64,000 nucleotides of DNA from Octopus sinensis (GCF_006345805.1 NC_042998.1:1922001-1986000), one strand, 5' to 3'; counted from the first letter of the stretch, positions 50,576 through 62,638 are shown. Program-made: numbers and translations. Notes: a model not told the origin generated them from the letters alone.

Positions 50576-52110
50576 GTAAGTCTCTTACATTAAAGTTTTG
50601 AATGAGTTTTTCCATTCTTAGCATCCTTATTCTCTTCATTTCTATAATTCTTATCATTGCAGTTGAAGGATGGAGTTTGCTTTTTTTTTTTTTTTGTTAT
50701 ATTTTTGTTACTGTGAATACTACTTTTTGCTCGTTTAGAAAAGTGAGGATAAAAGTTGGATTAATTAGGACAAGTAAGAAACAGTTTTTCTAAATGATAT
50801 AACATAACGTCATTAACTTATTATATTGATGAATTTCATTTTAAATAATTATAATTCATTATTAATTATTTTGATTTCTTGTTTTGTGCATGTGGATGAT
50901 AATTGTTCCAACTTCCATAAAGCACATATTTATAAATCTTTGAGAATACATTTGAAATCTAAATTCATTTCTATAAGATTTGTAAGAAGCTTACTCCCCA
51001 ATCACATGGTTCCAGGTTCAGTTTCACTGCATGGCACCTTGGGCAATTGTCTTCTACTATAGTTTGGGGCCAACCAAAGCCTTGTGAGTGGATTTAGTAG
51101 ATGGAAACTGAAGGAAGCCTGTTGCATATATATGTATATATATCTATGTGTGTCTTTGTTTGTCTCCCTCCCATCACTGCTTGACAACCGGTGTTGATGT
51201 GTTTATGTCCCCATAACTTAGTGGTTCAGCAAAAGAGACTAATAGAATAAATACTTGGCTTACAAAGAATAAGTCCTGGGGTCAATTTGTTCATCCAAAA
51301 CCCTTCAAGGCAGTGCTCCAGCATGGCCTCAGTCAAATGACTGAAACTAGTAAAAGAATCTCCTCACGTTTGCTTTCCATGCTGGCATGGATTGGATGGT
51401 TCCACAGGATCCAACAGGCTGGAGGACCACATCTGTCTTGATATGTTTTTTACAGCTGGCTCCTCTTGCTAATGCCAATCACTTTACAGAGTATACCAGG
51501 TGCTTTTATTCTTGGCACTAAGAACCCCTTCAACTGAGAAGGAAAATAGAAGGGAAGGTGGCTTTAAACAAGGTACTGAAAGGTTGAAGTATGATGGAAC
51601 AGTTTTAATGTTGTGGAGAAGATTCAGTTGCACCACATTTTGTATGGGTGGAGTAGTACCGGCAGAGAGATAAATATAGGGGTAACAAAATGCCAGAGCC
51701 TCACCCTCAATGTAACATATCCGAGAAGAGTGCATGGAGACGGAAAGATCAAGGAAGATGGGTAAAGACTGCAAGGGTGTGTATAAGGGAAGAGTGAGTA
51801 CGTGTCCGGTTAAGTACACACTCATTAAAGTACACATCCTAGATAAGTACATGCAAAATCTTCAAGAACCTCAGGTTCAAGTTTATTAATGATTTATTCT
51901 ACTGTAATGCTGTTACGAATAGAAATAGGGGGGGGGGGTCAGTGATAACAATGAGGGATGAATATCAATAGAAAATGACCCTGCGGCAAGTGAGTAATAC
52001 TTGCAATATAAAATGAGGTTGATTAATTGGTATAACTTTGATTGTGTAGTTGGCAGTGCAGTACCATAATTTTATAACCGTTGCATATTGTATATGATTC
52101 TTAATATTAA

Positions 52111-52314
52111 CCCTTTCGTTACCAAACCGGCTCCAGGTACAAATGTCTTGTTTTCAAAAGTTTTGAACTAAAATCTTCCACCAAACCTTTGTCACAATTT
52201 ATGTTCCTAACACTAGCTGAATGATAACCAAGTTATTTTACTAAACCCTTTGTTATATTTAAAGTAATTGAAAGAAGCACAGAGCATCTCAACAGAAATA
52301 CAGTAACGAAAGGG
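52111..52314. mobile_element. piggyBac-like MITE (TTAA target)
   Basis: TTAA|CCCTTTCGTTAC ... GTAACGAAAGGG|TTAA; opposite orientation to 264-483. Confidence 0.88.
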
Positions 52315-52453
52315 TTAAGGAATGTTTTTCCTGTGTAAACAAGTTGTCATATATTGATATGCTTGTGTTTTATTCGACATATACAACATAGCTTTTTTTC
52401 TTAAATGGTTCTTTTATTTAATAATTCAATCTAAATATTATTTACTATTCTAG

Positions 52454-52647
52454 AAATGCGCGAATAGCTGTCAACCAACTGCTGAAGCTGAAAAAGGAAT
52501 TAGAGCCAAATGCTGCAGATGAGGAGGAGGCAAAGGTATTTGCACCTGCCGAAATTCAAGGTGGTCGACCAGTATATAAATGTCATGTCTGTATGCGTTC
52601 ATTCCGTGGAAGTGCATATTTGCGATTTCATCTTAGAAGCCACACAG
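52454..52647 (+). CDS. E4F1: E4F1 exon 11
   Basis: TTCTAG acceptor; RPVYKCHVCMRSF..LRFHLRSHT; donor G|GTACAG. Confidence 0.92.
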
Positions 52648-53855
52648 GTACAGTTTTTATTCCAGAGGCTTCTTAGCCACTTTTCTCTATAAAGCAGATT
52701 TATAAGTAAATTACTTAGGACTATTTGAAGCATTGAGAAATTTGAAATTAAGTCTTTTTAAGAAGGTGGTGTAGTGGTTCGTTATTGTGACCATCCGTCA
52801 TTTTGTTTGTTGTTTTCCATCTAATAGGTACCTGATATATTAATAGCTATTATTTATAGCCTCGTTTGCAATTAAGCAGACACTTAAAAAGACTTATTTT
52901 CAAATTTGAAAGTACTCATCATCATCATCATCATCATTGTTTAACGTCCGCTTTCCATGCTAGCATGGGTTGGACGATTTGACTGATGACTGCTGAACCA
53001 GATGGCTGCACCAGGCTCCAATCTTGATCTGGCAGAGTTTCTACAACTGGATGCCCTTCCTAACACCAACCACTCCAAGAGTGTAGTGGGTGCTTTTACA
53101 TGCCACCAGCACGGGGCCAGTCTGGCAGTACTGGCAACGACCACACTCGCATATTTAGTTCACGTACCAGTAAGGTGACGCTGGTGACGATCACGCTCAA
53201 ATGGTGCTTTTTACGTGCCCACCGTTACTGAAGCCAGACAACTGCTCTGGCAGTGATCCCGCTCGGATGGAGCTATTAGTGCTCCACTGGCATGGGTGCT
53301 AGTCATCGAATTTGGTTCAATTTTGATTTTAATTTACTTTAATACATTCCTGAACTTTTCATAACTCCATTTGGCAGACATCCATAAATGTATAAAAGAT
53401 AATGCAGTAAGTTATTGATCGTATGCAGCATACAACCCATTAAGTGTGTATAGGATTCATGAAAAAATTTAACACTGTTGGCAACTTAAATGGAAATGTG
53501 GAAGATGAAGTGAATAAGCTAAATAAGAAAAAAAGATTTGGCATCGTAGATGTTATTGAAGTAGACTGTATATTCTTAGTAAAACATGTAAAGGTATTTA
53601 GCAAATATAGGTTTTTATACTTCAACTTTGACATCCTGACACTGGCCAGTGAGTGCGATACAGAAAAAATGGAAACTTCCAGAGAAAATTGTGTAGATCT
53701 GAAAAATTCAGTGAAAATGTTTAGAAAGGCTATTTGACCAGATAAAAATCTTATGTCAAATCTTAATATGTTTATATATATATACATGTATGTATGTAAT
53801 ATAATTTTTCTGAATCTTCAGATTTTAATATGCTAGACCACTAGTTTTAAATTGA

Positions 53856-56800
53856 TCATCATCATCATCATCATCGTTTAGCGTCCGTTTTCCATGCTAG
53901 CATGGGTTGGACGGTTCTACTGGGGTCTGAAGCCAGAAGCCTTCATCAGGCCCAGTCAAATCTGGCAGTGTTTCTACGGCTGGATGCCCTTCCTAACGCC
54001 AACCACTCCGTGAGTGTAGTGGGTGCTTTTTATGTGCCACCCGCACTGGTGCCAGACAGAGCTGGCAAATGGCCACGAACGGATGGTGCTTTTTATGTGC
54101 CACCGGCACGAGGGCCAGGCGAGGCTGGCAATGGACGCGAAACGGGGCGGTGCTGGCAACGGTCACGAAACGGAAAGTAACACATCTGCAATTTCCATTG
54201 ATCGATTTCGATTCTGATCCTCACTTGCCTCAACGGGTCTTCACAAGTAGAGTTTCGACATGCCACCGGCACTGGTAACACATTCGCAATTTCCATTGAT
54301 CGATTTCGATTCTGATCCTCACTTGCCTCAACACGTCTTCACAAGTAGAGTTTTGTGTCCCAAGAAGGGAAGGTATGCATACGTAGGCTGGCTCCATCCC
54401 ATGTAGAAGGCCACGGGTTATGGACTCACTTGTCCTGCCGGGTCTTCTCGCGCACAGCACACTTCCAGAGGTCTCGGTCTCTAGTCATTTCCTCAGTGAG
54501 ACCTAAAGTTCGAAGGTCGTGCTTCACCACCTCGTCCCAGGTTTTCCTGGGTCTGCCTCTTCCACAGGTTCCCTCAACCGCTAGGGTGTGGCACTTTTTC
54601 ACACAACTATCTTCATCCATTCTCGCCACATGACCATACCAGTGCAAACGTCTCTCTTGCACACCACAACTGATGCTTCTTAGGTCCAGCTTTTCTCTCA
54701 AGGTACTTACACTCAGCCGAGTGTGAGTACCGACATTACACATCCATCGGAGCATACTGGCTTCATTTCTTGCGAGCTTACGCATATCCTCAGCAGTCAC
54801 GGCCCATGTTTCACTGCCATGTAGCATGGCTGTTCGTACACACGCATCATACAGTCTGCCTTTCACTCTGTGCGAGAGGCCTTTTGTCACCAGCAGAGGT
54901 AAGAGCTCTCTGAACTTTGCCCAAGCTATTCTTACTCTAGCAGTTACACTTTCAGCACACCCGCCCCCGCTGCTGACTTGGTCACCTAGGTAACGGAAAC
55001 TATCAACTATTTCTAGTTTTTCTCCCTGGAAAGTGACGGAAGTTGGTCTCAGAGCATTTTCAGTGTTTATTGTTCCTGAGCATCTGCCACATACAAAAAC
55101 CATCTTCCTAGTTAGCCTTCCTTTGACATTGCTGCATCTCTTATGTGTCCATAGCTTACACTTGGTGCATCTTATAGAGTTTCTACCTACACCTTTTCTA
55201 CAGATCGAGCAGGGCCATCTACCTGAAGGTGTTTGTGATTTGTCTACCTTCCTACTGATTACGACTTTGGTTTTAGCTAGATTGACTCTGAGGCCCTTCG
55301 ATTCTAATCCTTGTTTCCACACCTGAAACTTCTCCTCCAGTTCTGATAGCGACTCAGCAATTAGAGCAAGGTCATCAGCATAGAGGAGCTCCCAAGGGCA
55401 TCCTGTCTTGAATTCCTCCGTTATTGCCTGGAGGACTATGATAAATAGGAGGGGGCTGAGTACTGAGCCTTGGTGGACCCCTACCTCTACCCGGAATTCT
55501 TCACTGTACTCATTTCCAACCCTCACCCTACTAGCAGCGTCCCTATACATGGCCCGCACAGCTCTCACTAACCATTCATCTATCCCTAGTTTCCTCATTG
55601 CCCACCAGATAAGGGATCGGGGGACCCTGTCGAAGGCTTTCTCCATGTCAACAAAAGCCAGGTACAGGGGCTTATCTTTGGCTAGGTATTTCTCTTGCAG
55701 CTGCCTTACCAGGAATATAGCATCAGTAGTACTTTCCCCTGGCACAAACCCAAACTGCATCTCATCTAAACTAACTCTCTCTCTAATTAGTTGGGCTATG
55801 ACCCTCTCCGTAACCTTCATCACCTGATCCAACAGCTTGATACCTCTGTAGTTATTTGTATCTAGGGCATCACCTTTACCTTTGTAGCAGTTGACTATTA
55901 TACTGCTACACCAGTCATTGGGTATGACCCCTTTGTGTATCACCTGATTAACTATACGGGTGACTAGGCTATAGCCAACACTACCAGACATTTTGAGCAT
56001 CTCTGCAGTGATTCCTGATGGGCCTGGGGCTTTTCCTGTCTTCATGCTTCTAATTGCCTTAGCTACCACGGAACTATCAACTCGGATAGCTGGTCCCTCT
56101 GTTGGGTCAACATTCGGCAGACTCTCTTTATCCCATTCATTTTCTTCATTCAGCAACCTTTCATAGTGGCATCTCCAAACTTCTCTCTTTGCATCCTCAT
56201 TTAGCGCAAGTGAACCATCTTCCATGCGAACACACTTCTCTCCTACCACATCACAATTCTCTCTCACACACTGTCTTGCAACGCGAAACACCTCCAGTCT
56301 TTCATCCTCACGGCGCAGAACATTGGCAAATTTTTTCTTATCTGCTTCCCCTCTGGCTAAATAAACCTGTCTCCTAGCTTCTCTTTTGGCAGTCTGATAC
56401 ATTTCCCTGCTACCCCCATTTTTCCAGACCTTCCAAGCCTGTCTCTTTTCTCTAATAGCCCTGTCTACAATATTGTTCCACCACCACGTTATTCTAGGTC
56501 GAGAGGGGACTTTGCACCAGCCACAGATCTGGTCAGTGGCTCTCAGCAGGTTGTCCCTTAGAAACGTCCAGCTGTCTTCTACCCCCTGTGATGCTCTATC
56601 CCCTTCTACTTCGTCAGAGGCTTCAAGTAATATGTCCCTAAATCTCTGTCCATTTGCAGGATCTTTAAGCTTCCAGATCCTTCTTCTCCATATTTGTCGT
56701 CTTCTGGTTGTCCTCCTAGTCCTGATCCTAAAGTCACTAACTACCAGTCTATGTTGTGGGGTACATTCTTCACCTGGGAAGGTTTTGGCATTTATAAGCA

Positions 56801-57900
56801 GCCATCTCTCCCTTTGCCTTGCAAGGATGTAGTCAATTTGGCTGGTATGTTGGCCCGATCGGTAAGTGACTAGGTGGCTGGTAGGTTTCCTGAAGTTAGT
56901 GTTGCAAATCATAAGATTATTTACATCGCAGAACTCCAGCAGCCTGGTTCCCTCCTCGTTGCGGGAGCCATAGCCATAGCCTCCATGTACGCCATGGAAG
57001 CCCCCAGCATGTCGTCCAACGTGACCATTGAAGTCACCAGCCACAAAGATAAGGTCTCTGTCATTTATCAACGAGGTAGTCTGCAGTAGAGTGTCATAGA
57101 ATCGGTCTTTCTGTCCATTGGGTAGCCCCGACTGAGGAGCATAGGCTGATATAATGGTTGCTAAACTATGATGAAGCACTAATCTAATCTTAAGTATTCT
57201 GTCACATACTCTGATTACCTCAATTACTTTATCTACCCATTTCTCAGTGATAAGTATACCCACGCCACCAACCCCGTCAGTGTTCCCTGCCCAGAAAATC
57301 TTGTACCTGCATTCCTTGCCTGTGAGGAACCTAGCTGATCCTCCTCTCCACCTTATTTCTTGCATGCAACATATATCCACACATCTCCGTTCAAGCATCT
57401 CGACTATCTCACCAGACCTACCTTTCAGAGTGCCAACGTTGAGGGTGCCAACCCTGAGGGTGTGGGAGGCATGGGCTCTAGAGACCCTGGGACGGTGGAC
57501 AGTAGCTTCATGTACCTGAAAAGAAAGCTCGCATTTGGCAGAATTCATGTGCAAGTAATGAAGTGGTAAAGTAGCCTTCAGTACAACCTGCATAACACTA
57601 GCCTTTCATATTTTGCACTGTATGAACATTACCTTACATAGGTCGAGACTAGGGGTAGGGAGGGGTAGGGATGGTGAGAGCATTTGCAGTCTTCATGGGA
57701 AGCAACCCCGGAATGGCAAAGAATAGGAACTTCCGGCATGTGTGGTGGGGGTGGGAGGGCGGGTGCACCGTAGCTGAGTAAAGAGGTTCTGTTAATCGTA
57801 TGAGCTAGCAAATGGGTTTGTATGAACTGGGAGACAAGACTAAATGAAAAATAGAGTGGCTATGAGGGAGACAAGACTAAACGAAATAGCTGAAAGAATG
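53856..57900 (-). mobile_element. Apparently full-length RTE-clade LINE, antisense in E4F1 intron 11
   Basis: (GAT)n tail at ~53856-53875, ~550-nt 3' UTR and a single intact ORF. The 5' boundary is uncertain (somewhere in 57700-58700) and no TSD was found. Confidence 0.9.
54426..57593 (-). CDS. LINE ORF: AP endonuclease + reverse transcriptase + PHD finger (1055 aa)
   Basis: True ATG at 57593. APE motifs GTLNVGTL, MQEIRW, AGDFNGHVG, SQIDY, QHRLVV. RT motifs FVDMEKAFDRV, GVHQGSVLSP, YADD, FRYLG. C4HC3 motif CSIC..CTKC..H..C..CGRC. No stops. Confidence 0.96.
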   Translation of the reverse strand: MQVVLKATLPLHYLHMNSAKCELSFQVHEATVHRPRVSRAHASHTLRVGTLNVGTLKGRSGEIVEMLERRCVDICCMQEIRWRGGSARFLTGKECRYKIFWAGNTDGVGGVGILITEKWVDKVIEVIRVCDRILKIRLVLHHSLATIISAYAPQSGLPNGQKDRFYDTLLQTTSLINDRDLIFVAGDFNGHVGRHAGGFHGVHGGYGYGSRNEEGTRLLEFCDVNNLMICNTNFRKPTSHLVTYRSGQHTSQIDYILARQRERWLLINAKTFPGEECTPQHRLVVSDFRIRTRRTTRRRQIWRRRIWKLKDPANGQRFRDILLEASDEVEGDRASQGVEDSWTFLRDNLLRATDQICGWCKVPSRPRITWWWNNIVDRAIREKRQAWKVWKNGGSREMYQTAKREARRQVYLARGEADKKKFANVLRREDERLEVFRVARQCVRENCDVVGEKCVRMEDGSLALNEDAKREVWRCHYERLLNEENEWDKESLPNVDPTEGPAIRVDSSVVAKAIRSMKTGKAPGPSGITAEMLKMSGSVGYSLVTRIVNQVIHKGVIPNDWCSSIIVNCYKGKGDALDTNNYRGIKLLDQVMKVTERVIAQLIRERVSLDEMQFGFVPGESTTDAIFLVRQLQEKYLAKDKPLYLAFVDMEKAFDRVPRSLIWWAMRKLGIDEWLVRAVRAMYRDAASRVRVGNEYSEEFRVEVGVHQGSVLSPLLFIIVLQAITEEFKTGCPWELLYADDLALIAESLSELEEKFQVWKQGLESKGLRVNLAKTKVVISRKVDKSQTPSGRWPCSICRKGVGRNSIRCTKCKLWTHKRCSNVKGRLTRKMVFVCGRCSGTINTENALRPTSVTFQGEKLEIVDSFRYLGDQVSSGGGCAESVTARVRIAWAKFRELLPLLVTKGLSHRVKGRLYDACVRTAMLHGSETWAVTAEDMRKLARNEASMLRWMCNVGTHTRLSVSTLREKLDLRSISCGVQERRLHWYGHVARMDEDSCVKKCHTLAVEGTCGRGRPRKTWDEVVKHDLRTLGLTEEMTRDRDLWKCAVREKTRQDK

Positions 57901-58998
57901 AGAAACAATACAATGAGATGGAAATTGAAGAATAGTGAAAGAATAAAGATAAGTGCAAGATAGAAGGTAGTCGTAGCGAGGTTGGACGATTCACTTAACT
58001 TTTAGCCATTCATGATCTGTGCGTATTCTTCTTTAGATATTTTGAAGTGAGTGGGGTTAACGATAAATGCGATCGCTCTTTTATATATGGCGATGATGGT
58101 TTTGGGAAGGGGGGGGGGGCATAGAGAACCATGGTGATGATGGTTATGGGAAGGGGGGACATAGAGAGAGAGAGATAGGGTTAGTTAGAGAGAGAGGTCA
58201 AGGGACACGTGACAATAAGCGGTGTGAGGGAATTTGACTGGGGACGGCATTGTCGATAAATCAAAATGTTGATATTAATCAAATTAATATTCTATTTTTC
58301 ACCCTTATTATTTTAAATTTATATAACTTTTACCTTGTTATTTTAATCCTGTCAGACCTCGGTTTCAACATTTTCTTAGCAAATAAAATAATTTGCTAGG
58401 CGAAATTTCTCATCAGTGACCATGCCATAACACTAACATATAATTAAGAGACGAATAACACGTGTCTCATCATTATATATTATAATTTTTCAAATTCACT
58501 GCGCAAGTGCAGTTTCAGTCAGCAGTAAATGAATAAATGCCGAACTAATCTTTACGTAAACTATAGAGTAGTGAGTTTTTTTAGAAACTTCACTACCAGT
58601 GGCCCAGCATGTATAAAAAGTCAACAGACAACCAGCAAACTGCAGCCTACTTTCCAAATGGCATCCCTAACAAAAAGATATCTTAGGTGTTCACCTGATG
58701 AGCTATGTCTCATGCCAGCCTTCTTCTCAAAAAAAAAACATTAACTGTGTCTGATTTAGATGGATATTTACACATCTTCCATTTGTATGGATGTAGAGGC
58801 ATCAATGCCTACACACATGATGCAGACACAAGATTAACCTTTCATTTGTTAAAATAAATTGAAAGATAATTCAAATTCATATGTATGATTGCACTTGTCT
58901 AAAATCTCTGCTAATTTCTGAAGTCCTTTCTTTATGCTGTTTGATTTGTATTCGTTCAGGTGAGAGACCTTTATGTTGTTTGATTTGTCTTCCTTCAG

Positions 58999-59216
58999 GT
59001 GAGAGACCTTTCAAGTGTAACGAATGTGGCAAAGCGTTCACTACGAAAGACATGTTAAACAAACACGTTAGCACTCACTCTGAGGAACGTAACTTTAAAT
59101 GTGGAGAATGTGGCAAGTTATTCAAGCGAATTTCCCATGTACAAGAACATCTCAAAATCCACAGCACGATGCGTCCTTATACATGTTCTGTGTGTGATAA
59201 ATCTTTCAAAACATCT
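58999..59216 (+). CDS. E4F1: E4F1 exon 12 (alternative in-frame acceptor at 58960)
   Basis: CCTTCAG acceptor; ERPFKCNECGKAF..EERNFKCGECGKLFKRISHVQEH..RPYTCSVCDKSFKTS; donor T|GTAAGT. Confidence 0.94.
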
Positions 59217-60669
59217 GTAAGTATATTTTCTCCTTTTTTTTTTTAGTACTTGATAAACACATAAAAGGATTTGAATGAACAGATGCAATGCAAATAAATG
59301 AATTTTTCAAAAGCTAAACTTTACATAAAACATTCTTATAAAAAGTTATTAGTAATATTAAAATGCTTATGTATTGGAAAAAGCTTTCATGAGTTAAAAG
59401 CAGAATATGTGTAGTTATATATATGAAGAAAATTTTAATATTTTTATTAAAATTTAGGAAACAGTTCATTGTTATAATTAGTATAAAATCTTGTCAAAAA
59501 TAGCTGTAAAATTATATGATTGTCTGATTGGAAAAATTTGCACTAGAAGCTATATTGTTTGTGATTTATTCAATATTGCTAGGTTACATTGAAACTATGC
59601 TCTAGGGAAATAAACAGTATTAATTTCTGAAAGGCATCGGATCATTTAGCCCTAGGTCAGCCCTCATTGAAGGGACCTCGATCAAGAGCTCTTCGGTCAC
59701 AACCATTCTTCCATTTTTATTTTCAGATATAATATATACATTATGTAAGGTATATTTCACTTTTATAGGACATTAGTGTGCTCTGAGAGGGATTCAGTTG
59801 TTATTTCTACCTCATAAGGGGCTCCATCAGTGGGTCATATGTATTGGATTTGCAAGTTGCATGGTAAACTTAATTTGATTCCCAGTTTAAATCTGCCACT
59901 TGGCTCATAGATGCCTTGAGCAGAATTCACTCAGTTGTAAGGATTCAGATTAGGTATCTGACCAAGCTCTTTGCACCAGTCTTGGAGGTCCTGCGAAGGG
60001 TCACAGAAGCTGCTCATTTTCATTTGGCTGGACCTTAGAGAAAGGAGTAATGGATTCATAGAAACTGTTGAGGGCCTCTTTCCCTTTTTTCTTCTTTTCT
60101 CTTTTACTTGTTTCAGTCATTTGACTGTGGCCATGCTGGAGCACCACCTTTAGTCGAGCAAATTGACTACTAAGTTACGGGAACGTAAACACACCATCAT
60201 CGGTTGTCAAGAGCTGTTGTGGGGACAAACACACACACATATGCATATATGTGACAGGCTTCTTTCAGTTTCCATCTACCAAATCCACTCGCAAGGCTTT
60301 GGTTGGCCCGAGGCTATAGTAGAAGACACTTGCCCAAAGTGCCATGCAATGGGACTGAACCTGGAACCGTGTGGTTGGTAAGTGAGCTACTTACCACACA
60401 GCCACTCCTGCGCCTGACTAAATACTTAGTAATTAGATCCTTTTTACATTCTGAATTCAATTCCCACTGAAGCCATTACCTTTCATCCTTCTGATTTTGA
60501 TCCAAGTACTGGGATCGATCACATCAACTACATCCCTTCTTCCAAATTTATTATTTTGTGGCCAAACTCAGAAATAAATATTTTCTAATTTAATGTTACT
60601 TGTTGCCATCAATTTGATACTAGATACAATTTTTATTCCTACTTTAATATTATTTCTATATTTCAACAG

Positions 60670-60868
60670 AATGCATTGAAAGTACATCTTCGAATCCATA
60701 CTGATGTTCTTCCTTATGAGTGTCAGTTCTGTCAGCGCCACTTCCGTGAGAAAGGCTCTTTACAAAGACATGTGCGAATGCACACTGGGGAACGTCCATT
60801 TCAGTGTAAATTCTGCAATCGAAGTTTTGCTGAGCATGGTACTCTGAACCGACATCTCAAAGCCAAAG
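60670..60868 (+). CDS. E4F1: E4F1 exon 13
   Basis: CAACAG acceptor; CQFCQRHFREKGSLQRHVRMHTGERPF..FAEHGTLNRHLKAK, near-identical to my recollection of human E4F1; donor G|GTAAAT. Confidence 0.96.
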
Positions 60869-62495
60869 GTAAATTTTCTACCATCTCATCCTTATAGATT
60901 ACACTGTGTAACAAAAAAATTTTTTGGTCTTGGCCAGTGAGTGTTTTTTGCAATTTTCTTCTATCTAGAAATCAAAGGAAATGGCTATTATTCCCTTCAA
61001 ACTATGCTTTTGTGACCTTGACATCAATGTTTTGAAACTGGCCTATTTTCCATTACATTTCAAACAGATTCAGCGCTGAGTTGCTGAAGCAGAAATATCA
61101 TTATAGCAAACATTCTGCTCAATAACCACAGATTTGCTTGTCAGTTGCTTGACCTTAAGCACTTGAGCATGTGCCTTAGTGGCTGACAATACATGCTTCT
61201 CTGATCATGAGTAAGAGTAGTGGAGGAGCATCATAGCCATGTGTTGAGAGGAATTCTTTAGTGTTTGAATAAATGTATCAAAACCAAAGTTTCAAAGAAA
61301 TATTAGCTATTTTTCATACTTTCCAGGTGTAAGCAAATAGGAAAAAGCAGTTGCTACCAAAGGATGAAATACATGTTACAGTGTTATTATTATTATTATT
61401 AACAACATTATGAAGGTAGCAAGCTGGTGCAATTGTTAGCATTCCAGGTGAAATGCTTAGCAGTATTTTAACTGCTATTATGTTGTGAGTTCAAATTCCG
61501 CCGAGGTCGACTTTGCCTTTCATCCTTTCGGGGTTGATAAATTAAGTACCAGTTACGCACTGGGGTTGATGTAATCAACTTAACCCCTTTGTCTGTCCTT
61601 GTTTGTCCCCTTTGTGTGTAGCCCCTTGTGAGTAGTAAAGAAATAGGTATTTTAACTGCCGCTATGTTCTGAGTTCAAATTCCACCTAGGTCAACTTAGC
61701 CTTTCATCCTTTCGGGGTCAGTTAAATAAGTACCAGTTACGCACTGGGGTTGATGTAATCAACTTAATCCCTTCCCCCAAATTTGAGGCCTTGTGCTTCC
61801 AGTAGAAAGAATTATTATGTTAATAAATACTGTCTCTGGATTTACATGTCCAACATTTCAGACAATGTCATCTAATTTCACCTGAGACTCACCTGACTGA
61901 AGTTAAATTTTGTAGTTCAAAAACAGTTTTTTTTCTTCAGATTCTGAAGTATGCAGAAATCACTGCAAGTGAGAAGTACTGAGCATCTTATCCGATTAAT
62001 ACATATTTATTAATGGAATTAAATTAGCCCTTTAGCATTTCCAGCTCAAGTATTCTGCCTATTTTATGTTCAGATCAACCAGACCCAGCCTCTTGCACAT
62101 CTCCTATGATGTCATTCAAAAAAAATATTATTGCAGCATTGGAATTTTAAAGCTGTGAGACGATGTATGTCAAATTCAAAACAATGTGAATGAATACACA
62201 TTATATTTGACATTTGAATGCTAAAGTGTTAAACTATTACTGACATCATAAGAATTTTTATAAACTTTCAAGCAAACCTGAATTCTTTTTGGAATAATAG
62301 TTCTTGGAACACATAACATACAGCTATAAAGTTACCATTTAAACATTGAGCTGGAAAACTCTTTTAGATAGAAAAAGTTGAAGGCTACTTTCAAATTTTC
62401 TATCCAGAAGGATTTTATAATCCAATAACTTTCAATAAATCTAATTTTTATTTGTAACTAATTCAGCATTTAACTCTTAATTTTTTAACTCACAG

Positions 62496-62638
62496 TTCCT
62501 TGTATTCGGTTAGCCAAATACAAAGATGTTACGGATGGTACTTATCCAACAGTATTAGCAGAATTTTCATCTGTTGTAGCTGATACTCAGCAGTATATTG
62601 TATCCGAGAGGGAAGAAAAGAACGATTCTGAACTGGAG
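62496..62638 (+). CDS. E4F1: E4F1 exon 14 (gene continues beyond the window)
   Basis: CACAG acceptor; TVLAEFSSVVADTQQYIV matches the E4F1 C-terminal motif TVLVEFSSVVADTQEYII; donor GAG|GTAAGG; no stop reached. Confidence 0.93.

Noticed and set aside
55033-57569. Plus-strand ORFs inside the LINE
   Set aside because: Antisense shadows of the RT ORF.
57594-58900. TSD and exact 5' end of the intact LINE
   Set aside because: Only 7-8-nt AT-rich matches to the tail flank were found; not convincing.
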